Positions 15,944 through 24,137 of a stretch of DNA of 26,390 bases are shown piece by piece. This stretch comes from a virus (lineage: Duplodnaviria; Caudoviricetes). Numbering within the stretch: position 1 is the first letter of the stretch; each line of letters starts with the position of its first letter. Under the pieces are notes generated by a model, which was given only the letters and a program-made list of their open reading frames with translations, was not told the origin of the DNA and made no database searches. The DNA lies in IMG/VR virus record IMGVR_UViG_3300025000_000382, positions 1 to 26,390 of that record; one strand, written 5' to 3'. Both the position numbers and the translations under genes were made by a program.

Positions 15944-16321
15944 TTACGGATATCCGGCCGGCAATCGCAACACTGCGAATTTGATCGCCGCGTTGCTCGC
16001 CACCAGGTGGATCAAGCCGCTGGTCTGTTTCCAGCCTTTGGCGTTGGTTAGGCCCACACCTACGGCGGCATATTCGCCGGCCGCCAGGGAATACGTGGCG
16101 ATATCCTCCGCGCGGCCCTTCTCATCGTCCACGCTGGTCACGCCAAAGGTGTAGGGGTTGGTCGGATCGCTGTTTTGGGCGATCAGGAGTTCCCTGCCCG
16201 TACACTGGAACGAGTTACCATTTGTCACGTCGGCCGCGGCGAATGTGATGTCCAGCCCATTCGCCGCGACTGCCGCAAACGGCGCTTTGACATCTTGAAC
16301 GGTCAATGCTGTTTGTGCCAT
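15944..16321 (-). CDS. Hypothetical virion structural protein
   Basis: 125-aa A/G/T-rich beta protein with AAGGAG RBS, preceding the tail tube. Confidence 0.7.
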   Translation of the reverse strand: MAQTALTVQDVKAPFAAVAANGLDITFAAADVTNGNSFQCTGRELLIAQNSDPTNPYTFGVTSVDDEKGRAEDIATYSLAAGEYAAVGVGLTNAKGWKQTSGLIHLVASNAAIKFAVLRLPAGYP

Positions 16322-16322
16322 T

Positions 16323-16601
16323 TCATTTCTCCTTCAAAAGTAGATTCAAAACTTCTTCTTGCTCGGCCTTCGGGACGTGGAGTAAGACATGCTCGATCAT
16401 TTCATCGCGCGTATCCCGAAACGTCCCGCATTTTGTGCATTTGAATACTGTCTTCACACCCTTCCAGGTGGCCGTTTCATAGAATGTTTCTATTTCTGCA
16501 TCCGGCGCGGGTGGCGTTGCATTTTGATAATCCCGGGTATATTCCTTTCGCAAATCTTCCCGGGGTTGTTCTTCTTGCGGATCATTCTTTTTCTTTGTCA
16601 T
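16323..16601 (-). CDS. C2H2 zinc-finger protein
   Basis: FKCTKCGTFRDTRDEMIEHVLLH = C-x2-C-x12-H-x3-H. Confidence 0.75.
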   Translation of the reverse strand: MTKKKNDPQEEQPREDLRKEYTRDYQNATPPAPDAEIETFYETATWKGVKTVFKCTKCGTFRDTRDEMIEHVLLHVPKAEQEEVLNLLLKEK

Positions 16602-17011
16602 CCTGCCTCCGCATAACCGATCGTGAAATCCTGGATCAAATGCTCCAGGCCAACGTCCGACGCGCCGTTATCATCCTGCTTCAATCCACGGAACACGAAA
16701 CCAATCGTGAATGGGTCCCACGCGCCGCTAAACCCGTGCAACAACCAAAACAGTACATCGCCGACCGCATGAGCGCTCTTATACGAATCCGACCAAACAT
16801 CCACCTGCACTCTCGCCTTGAATGTGGTCTTTTTGTCGTGGGTGGAATGCACCGGCTCATCCACCAACTGATACGTCACATAAGGCATGACGGTCGGGTT
16901 GGATGTGGATCCTGCCGGCAGGCGCATGGGACGTAACCGCGTCCCGATCAAGTCCGTCAGTTCGCTCGATGTCAGGAGGTAGGTCGCCATCGAAGCCAGG
17001 ATATCGCTCAT
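16598..17011 (-). CDS. Tail terminator / tail completion protein (DUF3168-like)
   Basis: LTDLIGTRLRPMRLP..PYVTYQLV..RVQVDVWSDSY..LHGFSG. Confidence 0.85.
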   Translation of the reverse strand: MSDILASMATYLLTSSELTDLIGTRLRPMRLPAGSTSNPTVMPYVTYQLVDEPVHSTHDKKTTFKARVQVDVWSDSYKSAHAVGDVLFWLLHGFSGAWDPFTIGFVFRGLKQDDNGASDVGLEHLIQDFTIGYAEAG

Positions 17012-17466
17012 AGCGCCGCCTCGATCTCACGCCCAAGCGTGATCGTCACCGCATCAATAATCTCGTCTCCGTGCTCGTCAATGGTAGGGCGCAGGTATGG
17101 CCGGGCGGGAATGGTCACTTGCTTGGCCTGGTGATGATGGCCTTCCCGGTCCACCCAGTGCAGGTAGGGCTTGTTCTTGGCTTTGATCACGCCGCCCAGT
17201 TCGTGGATTCGTCCGTAGATCACAAGGGGACCGACGGCCTTTTCCACACGCACGTCCGTCGCTTCCACGATTTCCACTTGGATGCTGTTGGCCAATGTGC
17301 CAACACTATCCCGGTTCAACTTATCGCGGACATTGATGCGCGCGTATGACTGGATCACGAATGCGCCGGCATCGGCCGCACGATTGATCGTCTTGCCGCG
17401 CATATCCTTGCCCATCTTCTTCAGTGCCTGCGCAAATTGCGGGATGGTGTAGGTTCTGCCGCTCAT
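17008..17466 (-). CDS. HK97 gp10-like neck / tail completion protein
   Basis: GTLANSI, YGRIHELGGVI, IPARPYLRP. Confidence 0.85.
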   Translation of the reverse strand: MSGRTYTIPQFAQALKKMGKDMRGKTINRAADAGAFVIQSYARINVRDKLNRDSVGTLANSIQVEIVEATDVRVEKAVGPLVIYGRIHELGGVIKAKNKPYLHWVDREGHHHQAKQVTIPARPYLRPTIDEHGDEIIDAVTITLGREIEAAL

Positions 17467-17867
17467 ATGACCACCTTTCGCAATCGCAAGCGGATCCCGC
17501 TGGGACCGCGCTGAATCGGCGACACGATCTCGTACACCAGGTTATCCACCGTTTCGCCGAACCGCGTCAGTATCTTGACCTGGTTGGTTTCCTTCACCAC
17601 GGTAGTGATCGGCAGGCGGATCGTCGCGTCATATTGGACGATGGTCATCTGGCCGGTGTGACGTTCATCCGAAGACCGATCCGAAGGCCGCATATCCAGC
17701 CCGCAATCAATGGCTTCCTGTTCGGTCGGGTTGGGCGAATCGGCTTCGTTAAACTCGTTCAGCGCGCCTTCCTCGACCGTGATGATCGCGCATGTATCCA
17801 TCATGTGACCTTCCTGGTCAATACGCATCGAGTCGAGTTCTTCCTGCAAAAATGCAAAGAGCGCCAT
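17463..17867 (-). CDS. Head closure (stopper) protein
   Basis: MMDTCAI..IRLP..YEIV pattern; synteny. Confidence 0.7.
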   Translation of the reverse strand: MALFAFLQEELDSMRIDQEGHMMDTCAIITVEEGALNEFNEADSPNPTEQEAIDCGLDMRPSDRSSDERHTGQMTIVQYDATIRLPITTVVKETNQVKILTRFGETVDNLVYEIVSPIQRGPSGIRLRLRKVVI

Positions 17868-18301
17868 TACAGGCCCGCCTCATCTTCCGGGATGTAGGCA
17901 TAAGGATCGTGCTTGCTTCGTCCCTTCGTGGTCTGCACGGCATACGCCGTGTCGTAGGTTATGGTCACCGTCAATTCGAGCGTCGCCAGTGCTTTCTGGG
18001 CGTTCTCGAACATTTGCTGACGGTCGTAGGTGCCGCCATCGGCGCTGAACTTGTACTTCGTGCTCAGGTCGCCCACGGCCTTGCGCCAGGCGTACATCTC
18101 GGCCAGCGTTCGCAGTTTGATGATGTTGGCTGGCCCGCTGATCGTGCTGATATCGTCCGTGCCATAGGCCAGCAACGTATCGGACACTTCCTCGCTGTAA
18201 CTCGACGCGGCGGCATAGCCCAGCGCGCTCGCAATTTTTCCGAGCTTCGTGTGCATGAACGTAGCCAGCGTCTCTTCAGTGTAGGAAGTGGGGGCGGCCA
18301 T
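17867..18301 (-). CDS. Head-to-tail adaptor protein
   Basis: AWRKAV..YKFSADGGTYDRQQMFENA; synteny. Confidence 0.7.
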   Translation of the reverse strand: MAAPTSYTEETLATFMHTKLGKIASALGYAAASSYSEEVSDTLLAYGTDDISTISGPANIIKLRTLAEMYAWRKAVGDLSTKYKFSADGGTYDRQQMFENAQKALATLELTVTITYDTAYAVQTTKGRSKHDPYAYIPEDEAGL

Positions 18302-18718
18302 CTATTTGCGGCTCCGCTTCGTTTTGGGCTTCGCAGCCGGATCGTCCGACAGGCTGGGCAGAGGCAGTTCGGCGGCGGGCACGACCGCTTCCGTGGACGA
18401 TTCAGTGAATATCATGCCGGCTGGCGGAAAGGTGTTGGCTAGTACAGCTTCTTCATTCTGCGCGTCGGTCTGCACATTTTGTGCAGGGACGGGCGTCTCC
18501 GTGACGGCCGTAACGCCCGCCTCGGCCAGCGCCATATCCAGAACATCGGCGATGCATTCCAATTTCCGCAACTCGCGGACCTGGGGATGATTGCCGACGC
18601 TGGTCAACGCATCCACGCGGGACGGGTCAATCTGCGCACGCTCCGCCAGGAGACGCGCCGCGCGCTCGATGCGCTCGATGGCCTGGGATCGTTTGACAAC
18701 TAAAAGAGTAGGGTGCAT
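18302..18718 (-). CDS. Hypothetical protein after the major capsid gene
   Basis: 138-aa ORF with GAGGA RBS and a low-complexity, basic C-terminus. Confidence 0.65.
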   Translation of the reverse strand: MHPTLLVVKRSQAIERIERAARLLAERAQIDPSRVDALTSVGNHPQVRELRKLECIADVLDMALAEAGVTAVTETPVPAQNVQTDAQNEEAVLANTFPPAGMIFTESSTEAVVPAAELPLPSLSDDPAAKPKTKRSRK

Positions 18719-18734
18719 GGGATTTCCTCGGAAG

Positions 18735-18769
18735 ACCCCTCTCCCGTGTATCGAGACCGGGAGAGGGGT
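18735..18769 (-). terminator. 12-bp hairpin after the major capsid gene
   Basis: ACCCCTCTCCCG / CGGGAGAGGGGT; weak U-tract, so a partial terminator or mRNA stabiliser. Confidence 0.6.
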
Positions 18770-18790
18770 AGGAAGTGAGGTAGGTGATCC

Positions 18791-19861
18791 CTACGGCATC
18801 GGGACGCCGTAGTTGGTCGGCACAGCGTAGGCCGCGTCGCCGATGCGATACACAACCGCGCCGACGCGGTTGTACGCGCCGAAGCCGGCGTAGCGCAGCC
18901 ACTGACTCTCGTAGAACGGATGGTCGTCGCGGCGGGCCACCAGGTTGAAGCCTTGGAGGTCTGCCTCAGGTTCCTCACGCATCTTCAGCGGGCGTTCGCC
19001 GCCGGTGGTCACGCCGACGATATGGGTAGACGGCAGGGAGCGCCACTCCGCCAGCCAGACCTTGCTGTCGGTATAACCGAACAGCTCGCCGGGTGTCGCC
19101 ACGCCGAGCGCGCCAACCAGCACGTCCGAGCCGGAACCCTGGCGGATGTTGGCATCCGCAATCGGGTGGAACTCGGCCAGCGCCTGGGTGGTCGCCTTGA
19201 GCGCGGTGGGGATGAGCGCTACCACGTCGCCGTCGTTTTCGGGATGTTCCAGCAGCTCATCGTGGATGGTCGGGAACGGGTTGGTCGCGTCGGCGATGGC
19301 CGCTGCCTGCGCCAGGTAGTGCGTGTCCGTCGCGCCGGCGTCCGCCCCGCTCAGGAGCAGGTATTTCACCGCGTCGCTGTTGGCGAGGCCTTGAATGGTC
19401 AGCGCGCCGTGAAGCTCATCGGTAAACGCCCAGGACGCGTTCGCGTACAGAGCGGCCAGGATGTGATCGCGCATCCAGCGGATGTCGGCGCTGATCAAAG
19501 CCGCCGTCAGGTCGTTGGCTTCCTGCACGGTCATCTTCTTGCTCATGCGATAGTTCGCACCCCAGGCCGTTCCGCCCGCCTGGAGCGGAAAGGCAACGTC
19601 ATACTTGCCGCTCGGCTTGATCGGCAGGGCGCGGCCGTTGTCGTCCAACGGCTGGAGACGGGCAATCGTCGGGGTGGCGAAGGTCTGCTTGAACTCGGTC
19701 GTCTTGGAGACGAAGAGTCCCATCAACGCCTCGATCTGGCGGTTGTGTTCTGCCACGGTGCGATTGATCGCATCCCACACGACGGATGTGCCAACTTCGG
19801 TGACGCGGCGGTCCGCCACATCAGCCAGGGTCATGAAACCGTAAAGCAATTGGTTAGCCAT
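18791..19861 (-). CDS. Major capsid protein
   Basis: 356 aa, follows scaffold and decoration genes, strong GC3 bias, followed by a hairpin. Confidence 0.85.
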   Translation of the reverse strand: MANQLLYGFMTLADVADRRVTEVGTSVVWDAINRTVAEHNRQIEALMGLFVSKTTEFKQTFATPTIARLQPLDDNGRALPIKPSGKYDVAFPLQAGGTAWGANYRMSKKMTVQEANDLTAALISADIRWMRDHILAALYANASWAFTDELHGALTIQGLANSDAVKYLLLSGADAGATDTHYLAQAAAIADATNPFPTIHDELLEHPENDGDVVALIPTALKATTQALAEFHPIADANIRQGSGSDVLVGALGVATPGELFGYTDSKVWLAEWRSLPSTHIVGVTTGGERPLKMREEPEADLQGFNLVARRDDHPFYESQWLRYAGFGAYNRVGAVVYRIGDAAYAVPTNYGVPMP

Positions 19862-19876
19862 GTGTTCATCCTCGCC

Positions 19877-20596
19877 TTACAGTTCCACCGACAGGAGCTT
19901 GTCGTAGGCGGTGCCGAGATTGACGGCCGTGCCGGGGACAACGCGTCCGACTCGCACAGCGGAAACGCCGGCGGTCGCGGTCGCAATCGTTCCGGTCGGG
20001 GTTCCGCCGGTCAGGTCGGTGATGTCAATGGTCATGGCGGGCTGGTTCTTCCCAGCCAACGCGCCGACAAATTCAACGGTGTACGGTCCGCCTGCGGAGC
20101 CAGTCACCTGGACGTTGCCCTGGCCGATGGTCGAGAGCAGTTCGAGCGCCGCTTCCACAGCCGCCGCAGTCGCGTTATACGCGATGCCGGCCGCTGTTTG
20201 ACCGTCGAAGATCAAGTCAAACGTGCCACCGGTGGGCGAGCCGCCGATGGTGACGGTCTGGATCTCGTTCGCACCCGGCTTGGTGTCCGAGAGTCCGCCG
20301 TCTGTGCCGCTGAGCCATACGTCGGCGTCATAATCCAGCCCGGACAGATCGTAGCCATCCAGCAAACCGCGGTGTACCACGGTGCCTGCCGCTCCTGCGC
20401 CGTCTTTGCTTGCCAACACGCCCCACATGCGGGCTTCTGCCTCGCTGGTGGCGTTGGATTTCGTCCACTTCCCGACGCTGGTATCCAGGCGTGCAGCCTG
20501 GCCGGGGGTCATGGACTCGGCAAAGCCCAGAGTCATCTGTTGCAGGCTCTGGACGATTTCGATCTTGCCAGCAGTGACCAATGTTAGATCGGTCAT
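19877..20596 (-). CDS. Head decoration protein with an inserted beta domain
   Basis: Position between scaffold and MCP; VWLSGTDGGLSD; insert NEIQTVTIGGSPTGGTFDLIFDGQT..IAYNATAAAVEAALE..GGPYTVEF. Confidence 0.75.
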   Translation of the reverse strand: MTDLTLVTAGKIEIVQSLQQMTLGFAESMTPGQAARLDTSVGKWTKSNATSEAEARMWGVLASKDGAGAAGTVVHRGLLDGYDLSGLDYDADVWLSGTDGGLSDTKPGANEIQTVTIGGSPTGGTFDLIFDGQTAAGIAYNATAAAVEAALELLSTIGQGNVQVTGSAGGPYTVEFVGALAGKNQPAMTIDITDLTGGTPTGTIATATAGVSAVRVGRVVPGTAVNLGTAYDKLLSVEL

Positions 20597-20604
20597 AGTG
20601 CCTC

Positions 20605-21267
20605 CTAAAAGGTTTTGTGAATGTGAAGGGCGGTCTGCTTCTGACCTCTCTCCTGTTGTTCTTTCGAGAGTTTGGCAGGATCGCCCTCGGGCGTTTCATC
20701 AATGCCGGCCGCGTTCGTGACGCCCAATTCCTTGGCGTGGTCGGTCAGGAACTTGATCTGCTCGAGCGGGTCGAGTTTGGAAATCAAAGCCTGGTAGGGC
20801 TTCGACAACTTCTCGATTTGCATCTTGAGGTGCGCTTCGAGCGCGGCTTTGTACTTCTCGCCTTGCTCTTTGACCGGGGTCAGTTCGGCAACCTGGGACT
20901 TCAGTTGTTCAATCTCAGTCAGCCGATTTTCGGCTAACGTTTTGAACTCCTGCTTCCCTACAAGTGCTTTGTCGTCCGCGTCCTTTTTGGCCTTCTCGGT
21001 CTCCTTCTCGAATTCCGATTTGGCTTTCTTGCGTTCTTCCTTGCGGGTCTCACCGACGAGGCGATTGATTTCCTCTTGCTGTTCAGGCGTCCACTTGACC
21101 GCCTTCTTTTCATCTTTCGCATCATCCCCGGTCTTTTTAGCTTTGACATCCGCCTCGGCTTTCGCTTTGGCTTCGTCATCTGCCCCGGCATCGGTATCCG
21201 TTGCGGACCCGCCTCCATCGGTCTGATCGAACAGGAAAAGCGGACGCGTTCTCAAGGAGTCAAGCAT
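20605..21267 (-). CDS. Capsid scaffolding protein
   Basis: K/E/D-rich coiled coil; WTPEQQEEINRLVGE motif; GGAGG RBS. Confidence 0.85.
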   Translation of the reverse strand: MLDSLRTRPLFLFDQTDGGGSATDTDAGADDEAKAKAEADVKAKKTGDDAKDEKKAVKWTPEQQEEINRLVGETRKEERKKAKSEFEKETEKAKKDADDKALVGKQEFKTLAENRLTEIEQLKSQVAELTPVKEQGEKYKAALEAHLKMQIEKLSKPYQALISKLDPLEQIKFLTDHAKELGVTNAAGIDETPEGDPAKLSKEQQERGQKQTALHIHKTF

Positions 21268-21315
21268 GTGTTCCTCCGTGTTTTTTCCGCCGCACGTTGG
21301 CGTAGGGATTGGGTC

Positions 21316-21343
21316 AAAACAAAACCCGCCACTGAAAGGCGGG
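21316..21343 (-). terminator. Intrinsic-terminator-like hairpin upstream of the scaffold gene
   Basis: CCCGCC-TTTCAGT-GGCGGG-TTTTGTTTT. Confidence 0.6.
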
Positions 21344-21411
21344 CATTTCTGCGTAGCCTTCGCAGGGCGGGTGCGCTGCCGGTTGGCAGGAGACCCTTGT
21401 TATTCAATGCG

Positions 21412-21440
21412 ATCATAGGAGCAGGCAGGGGGAAGGGCAA
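21412..21440 (-). promoter_or_regulatory. Candidate promoter for the capsid genes
   Basis: TTGCCC-N17-TATGAT on the minus strand. Confidence 0.5.
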
Positions 21441-21458
21441 GGTACGAAAACCAATACC

Positions 21459-21590
21459 CTACCGCTTGAATGTCTCCCATCCATACCATTTATCCAACTC
21501 GTGTAGGATAAAGATCATAAAACGGCGCGCCGCCTCCCAGAAAAAGCGGTTGCGTTCATCGAAGATGGGGGGACGTGGCTGATCGTTCAT
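21459..21590 (-). CDS. 43-aa hypothetical protein
   Basis: MNDQPRPPIFDERNRFFWEAARRFMIFILHELDKWYGWETFKR; ATGA-coupled to the minor head gene. Confidence 0.6.
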   Translation of the reverse strand: MNDQPRPPIFDERNRFFWEAARRFMIFILHELDKWYGWETFKR

Positions 21591-22612
21591 TCGATTTTCC
21601 CTATCAGGTCGCGCAAGGCTTTCGGAACAAATGATCCGCCCCATGTTTCATCATCCACATGTTTGATCACGTCGGCCAGTTCAAATTCGCCGGCCTGCCA
21701 GGCCTCCCAGCGGCCTTTGCCGAGGATGCTCTTCTGCATCTGCTCATTTTGTGCGAGATACCAGTCCATGCCATTTTGCCACTGCACAACTGGCACGCCG
21801 ATCAAAACCGGGATCGGGATGCACCGTCCCTGCGGATGCTCCTCGAAAGGAACATTCAATGGGTAAACGGTTTTCCCATCATCCAGGAAGAGACAGGCCG
21901 GGCAAACGCGGTTGTCTCTCGCAGACAGACGCATATAGCCTGCCACAACGCCGCTCTCGCGGTACTGCGCCAGGCTCGCTTCCCGATAGACTCGCAACTG
22001 CTCCGTGCGCGCGATGTTGAGGGCGCGCGTCAGTCCGATTCCAAAGGCTTCAGCCATCTCCTTGGCGATCTGCGCCGGCGGCTTTCCCAGGGCGATCCCC
22101 TGCACCAACATCTCGATCATCGCATCCACCGCTTCAGGGAACGCTTCAGCCAGAAGGATTCGCAAGGCCGACCCGTTCCCAGCCAGCCCGGCCAAATATT
22201 CCAACACGGCTGGCGTCAGGGCAGGGAAGGGGAGGATAGGCAATCCAAACGTTTCGTAATACGTGCGGATGAGGAGAATGGCATACAGAATTCCAAGCGC
22301 AATCAGGATTTTCTGCTCATCCGTGATCGTCTCGTCGGTCTCGGCGGTGTATTGGTTTAATTCGTCCGTCGTCTGTGCCAGGAATATTTGATAGCCCGGC
22401 GTGGATGTCAATGTCGAGCGTGTCACAATTCCGCCTGCCGCCTGCCAATTGGCGGCTTCCAGTGCAAGGGCTTCGAAGCGCGGCAAGAGCCGGCGTTCCA
22501 TGGCCAGCCAGCGTCTGGTCAATTTTTCTGTCTGCGCGTCTTCCCGCGCCAGCAGATTGGCTTTGAATTCAAGACCTTCGAGAACGACGAGAGGAAGCGA
22601 AGCCGTCGGCAT
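21587..22612 (-). CDS. Minor head protein (SPP1 gp7 / Mu gpF family)
   Basis: RALNIARTEQLRVYR, SARDNRVCPAC, HPQGRC. Confidence 0.92.
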   Translation of the reverse strand: MPTASLPLVVLEGLEFKANLLAREDAQTEKLTRRWLAMERRLLPRFEALALEAANWQAAGGIVTRSTLTSTPGYQIFLAQTTDELNQYTAETDETITDEQKILIALGILYAILLIRTYYETFGLPILPFPALTPAVLEYLAGLAGNGSALRILLAEAFPEAVDAMIEMLVQGIALGKPPAQIAKEMAEAFGIGLTRALNIARTEQLRVYREASLAQYRESGVVAGYMRLSARDNRVCPACLFLDDGKTVYPLNVPFEEHPQGRCIPIPVLIGVPVVQWQNGMDWYLAQNEQMQKSILGKGRWEAWQAGEFELADVIKHVDDETWGGSFVPKALRDLIGKIE

Positions 22613-24135
22613 TACTGCTTACCCTGATCCCTTTGCCTCTGCATTTCCAATAATGTCTGTCCCAGGGATGCCTGTTGTTTCTTGTGCTCGGCATCCTCCT
22701 CGACCATCATCTCATCAATCTCTGCCTGAGATAATCCTGCCTGCTTCCCTGCGCTCCCCTTCGGCATACCTCCTGAAGTGAACGAGCGGAATATCTCCGC
22801 CTTCTCGGATTTGTCCATGGGAATCACGTCCCGCTCGGCAAACGAATGATTGAAATCGCCATTCTCATACTTGCCCAATTCGCTGAATCTTTCAAGATTG
22901 TGAACCTTGCCGATCGTCAGCGCCATCTGGTCGGCGCGCACCAAAGCCGCCTCCGCATTCCCACGCGCATCGAGACAGCGGTCAATGGCACCGGCAATCT
23001 TCGTCCGCAAGGCCTTCCCCGAAACGTTCGCATCCGCCTTCAGGCGATAATAGGCGATCTCTGGCAGGTCTTCCTCCAGCTCCGCCATCTGATCCTGTAG
23101 GATGCTGAGCGCCGCGGCGTAATTGATGTTTGGAATCAGGTATTGCATCTGCGCCATGCCAGGCAGGGTCACGATATCCTCGTCGGTAGATTCCGCCGTC
23201 TGGCCGCTCTCGACAAGATTCCCATCCGTGTCTGTCAGGCGCGGCGGAGGAAGCGGTTTCCCCTGCGCATCCAAACCATTCGCCGAAATCGCCTTGGTCG
23301 GCTTGTTGTACCTGAATAGGATTTGATGCAGGCGGGTGGCCATACGCGCCGCCTCGTCAATCTTATCCAGCGCGTGGACGAAGACGCCCAGCCCGCGCTC
23401 CTCGCCGATGTCCTGGAACTTCGCATGAGCGATGGGAATGAAATCAATCTTCATCTCCTCGAACGTCAACACCTTGATGGGATTTCCCATCCTGTCCACG
23501 TCGGCGGTCCGCCCATGTCCATGCTCATAGACCTTGCAATCTCCAGACGACTTGTCCCAGATCTCGGTGCGTGTCTTCGCCGTCCCGTCCTCGCCCGTTA
23601 CGGTCGTATCGAGACGAATATAGATTAGGAAATCGCTATCATCACTGACCAGTTCGCTCACGCTCTGCGACCTGAGCAACTGGAAGCGGACGCGGTTCAC
23701 CGCGCCAGCGTTATCCTTGCGGGTCACGACCTTGACGTACATCGTGCCTTTATTCGCCAGCCAACGCGTTGCAAGCTGCTTCTTCGCCCCCCAGTTTGAC
23801 CAGGTCCATACCTGCTGGATGGCCGGCACGATCTTCTTGTTGGCATCGTCTACCACGATCGGCAGGGCAGTTTCGAGTTTACCTGGCCACAGATGCGAGA
23901 CGTGGAATTCCACCGCGCGGTGGGCTGGGTTGCGTAACGGCTTCATGCCCTCCGTCCAGATTGCGCCTTCATAAAGTGCCTGTTGAACAGTGTCATAAAG
24001 CCCGTTGTTCAAGTAATACGCATCCAGCATATCCTCGAAGTCCCAGGAATTGAAACTCGAAGCGTTGGCCAGCGACATCATCAATGTCACCTTCTGCCAA
24101 TAGGATTGAGCAGTATCGCCAAAAACAGTAGCCAT
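22612..24135 (-). CDS. Portal protein (SPP1 gp6-like)
   Basis: 507 aa between TerL and gp7; DFIPIAH, SGKALR. Confidence 0.88.
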   Translation of the reverse strand: MATVFGDTAQSYWQKVTLMMSLANASSFNSWDFEDMLDAYYLNNGLYDTVQQALYEGAIWTEGMKPLRNPAHRAVEFHVSHLWPGKLETALPIVVDDANKKIVPAIQQVWTWSNWGAKKQLATRWLANKGTMYVKVVTRKDNAGAVNRVRFQLLRSQSVSELVSDDSDFLIYIRLDTTVTGEDGTAKTRTEIWDKSSGDCKVYEHGHGRTADVDRMGNPIKVLTFEEMKIDFIPIAHAKFQDIGEERGLGVFVHALDKIDEAARMATRLHQILFRYNKPTKAISANGLDAQGKPLPPPRLTDTDGNLVESGQTAESTDEDIVTLPGMAQMQYLIPNINYAAALSILQDQMAELEEDLPEIAYYRLKADANVSGKALRTKIAGAIDRCLDARGNAEAALVRADQMALTIGKVHNLERFSELGKYENGDFNHSFAERDVIPMDKSEKAEIFRSFTSGGMPKGSAGKQAGLSQAEIDEMMVEEDAEHKKQQASLGQTLLEMQRQRDQGKQ

Positions 24136-24137
24136 AT

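Noticed and set aside
18920-20587. 555-aa plus-strand ORF
   Set aside because: Antisense shadow of the GC3-biased capsid and decoration genes; no recognisable motifs
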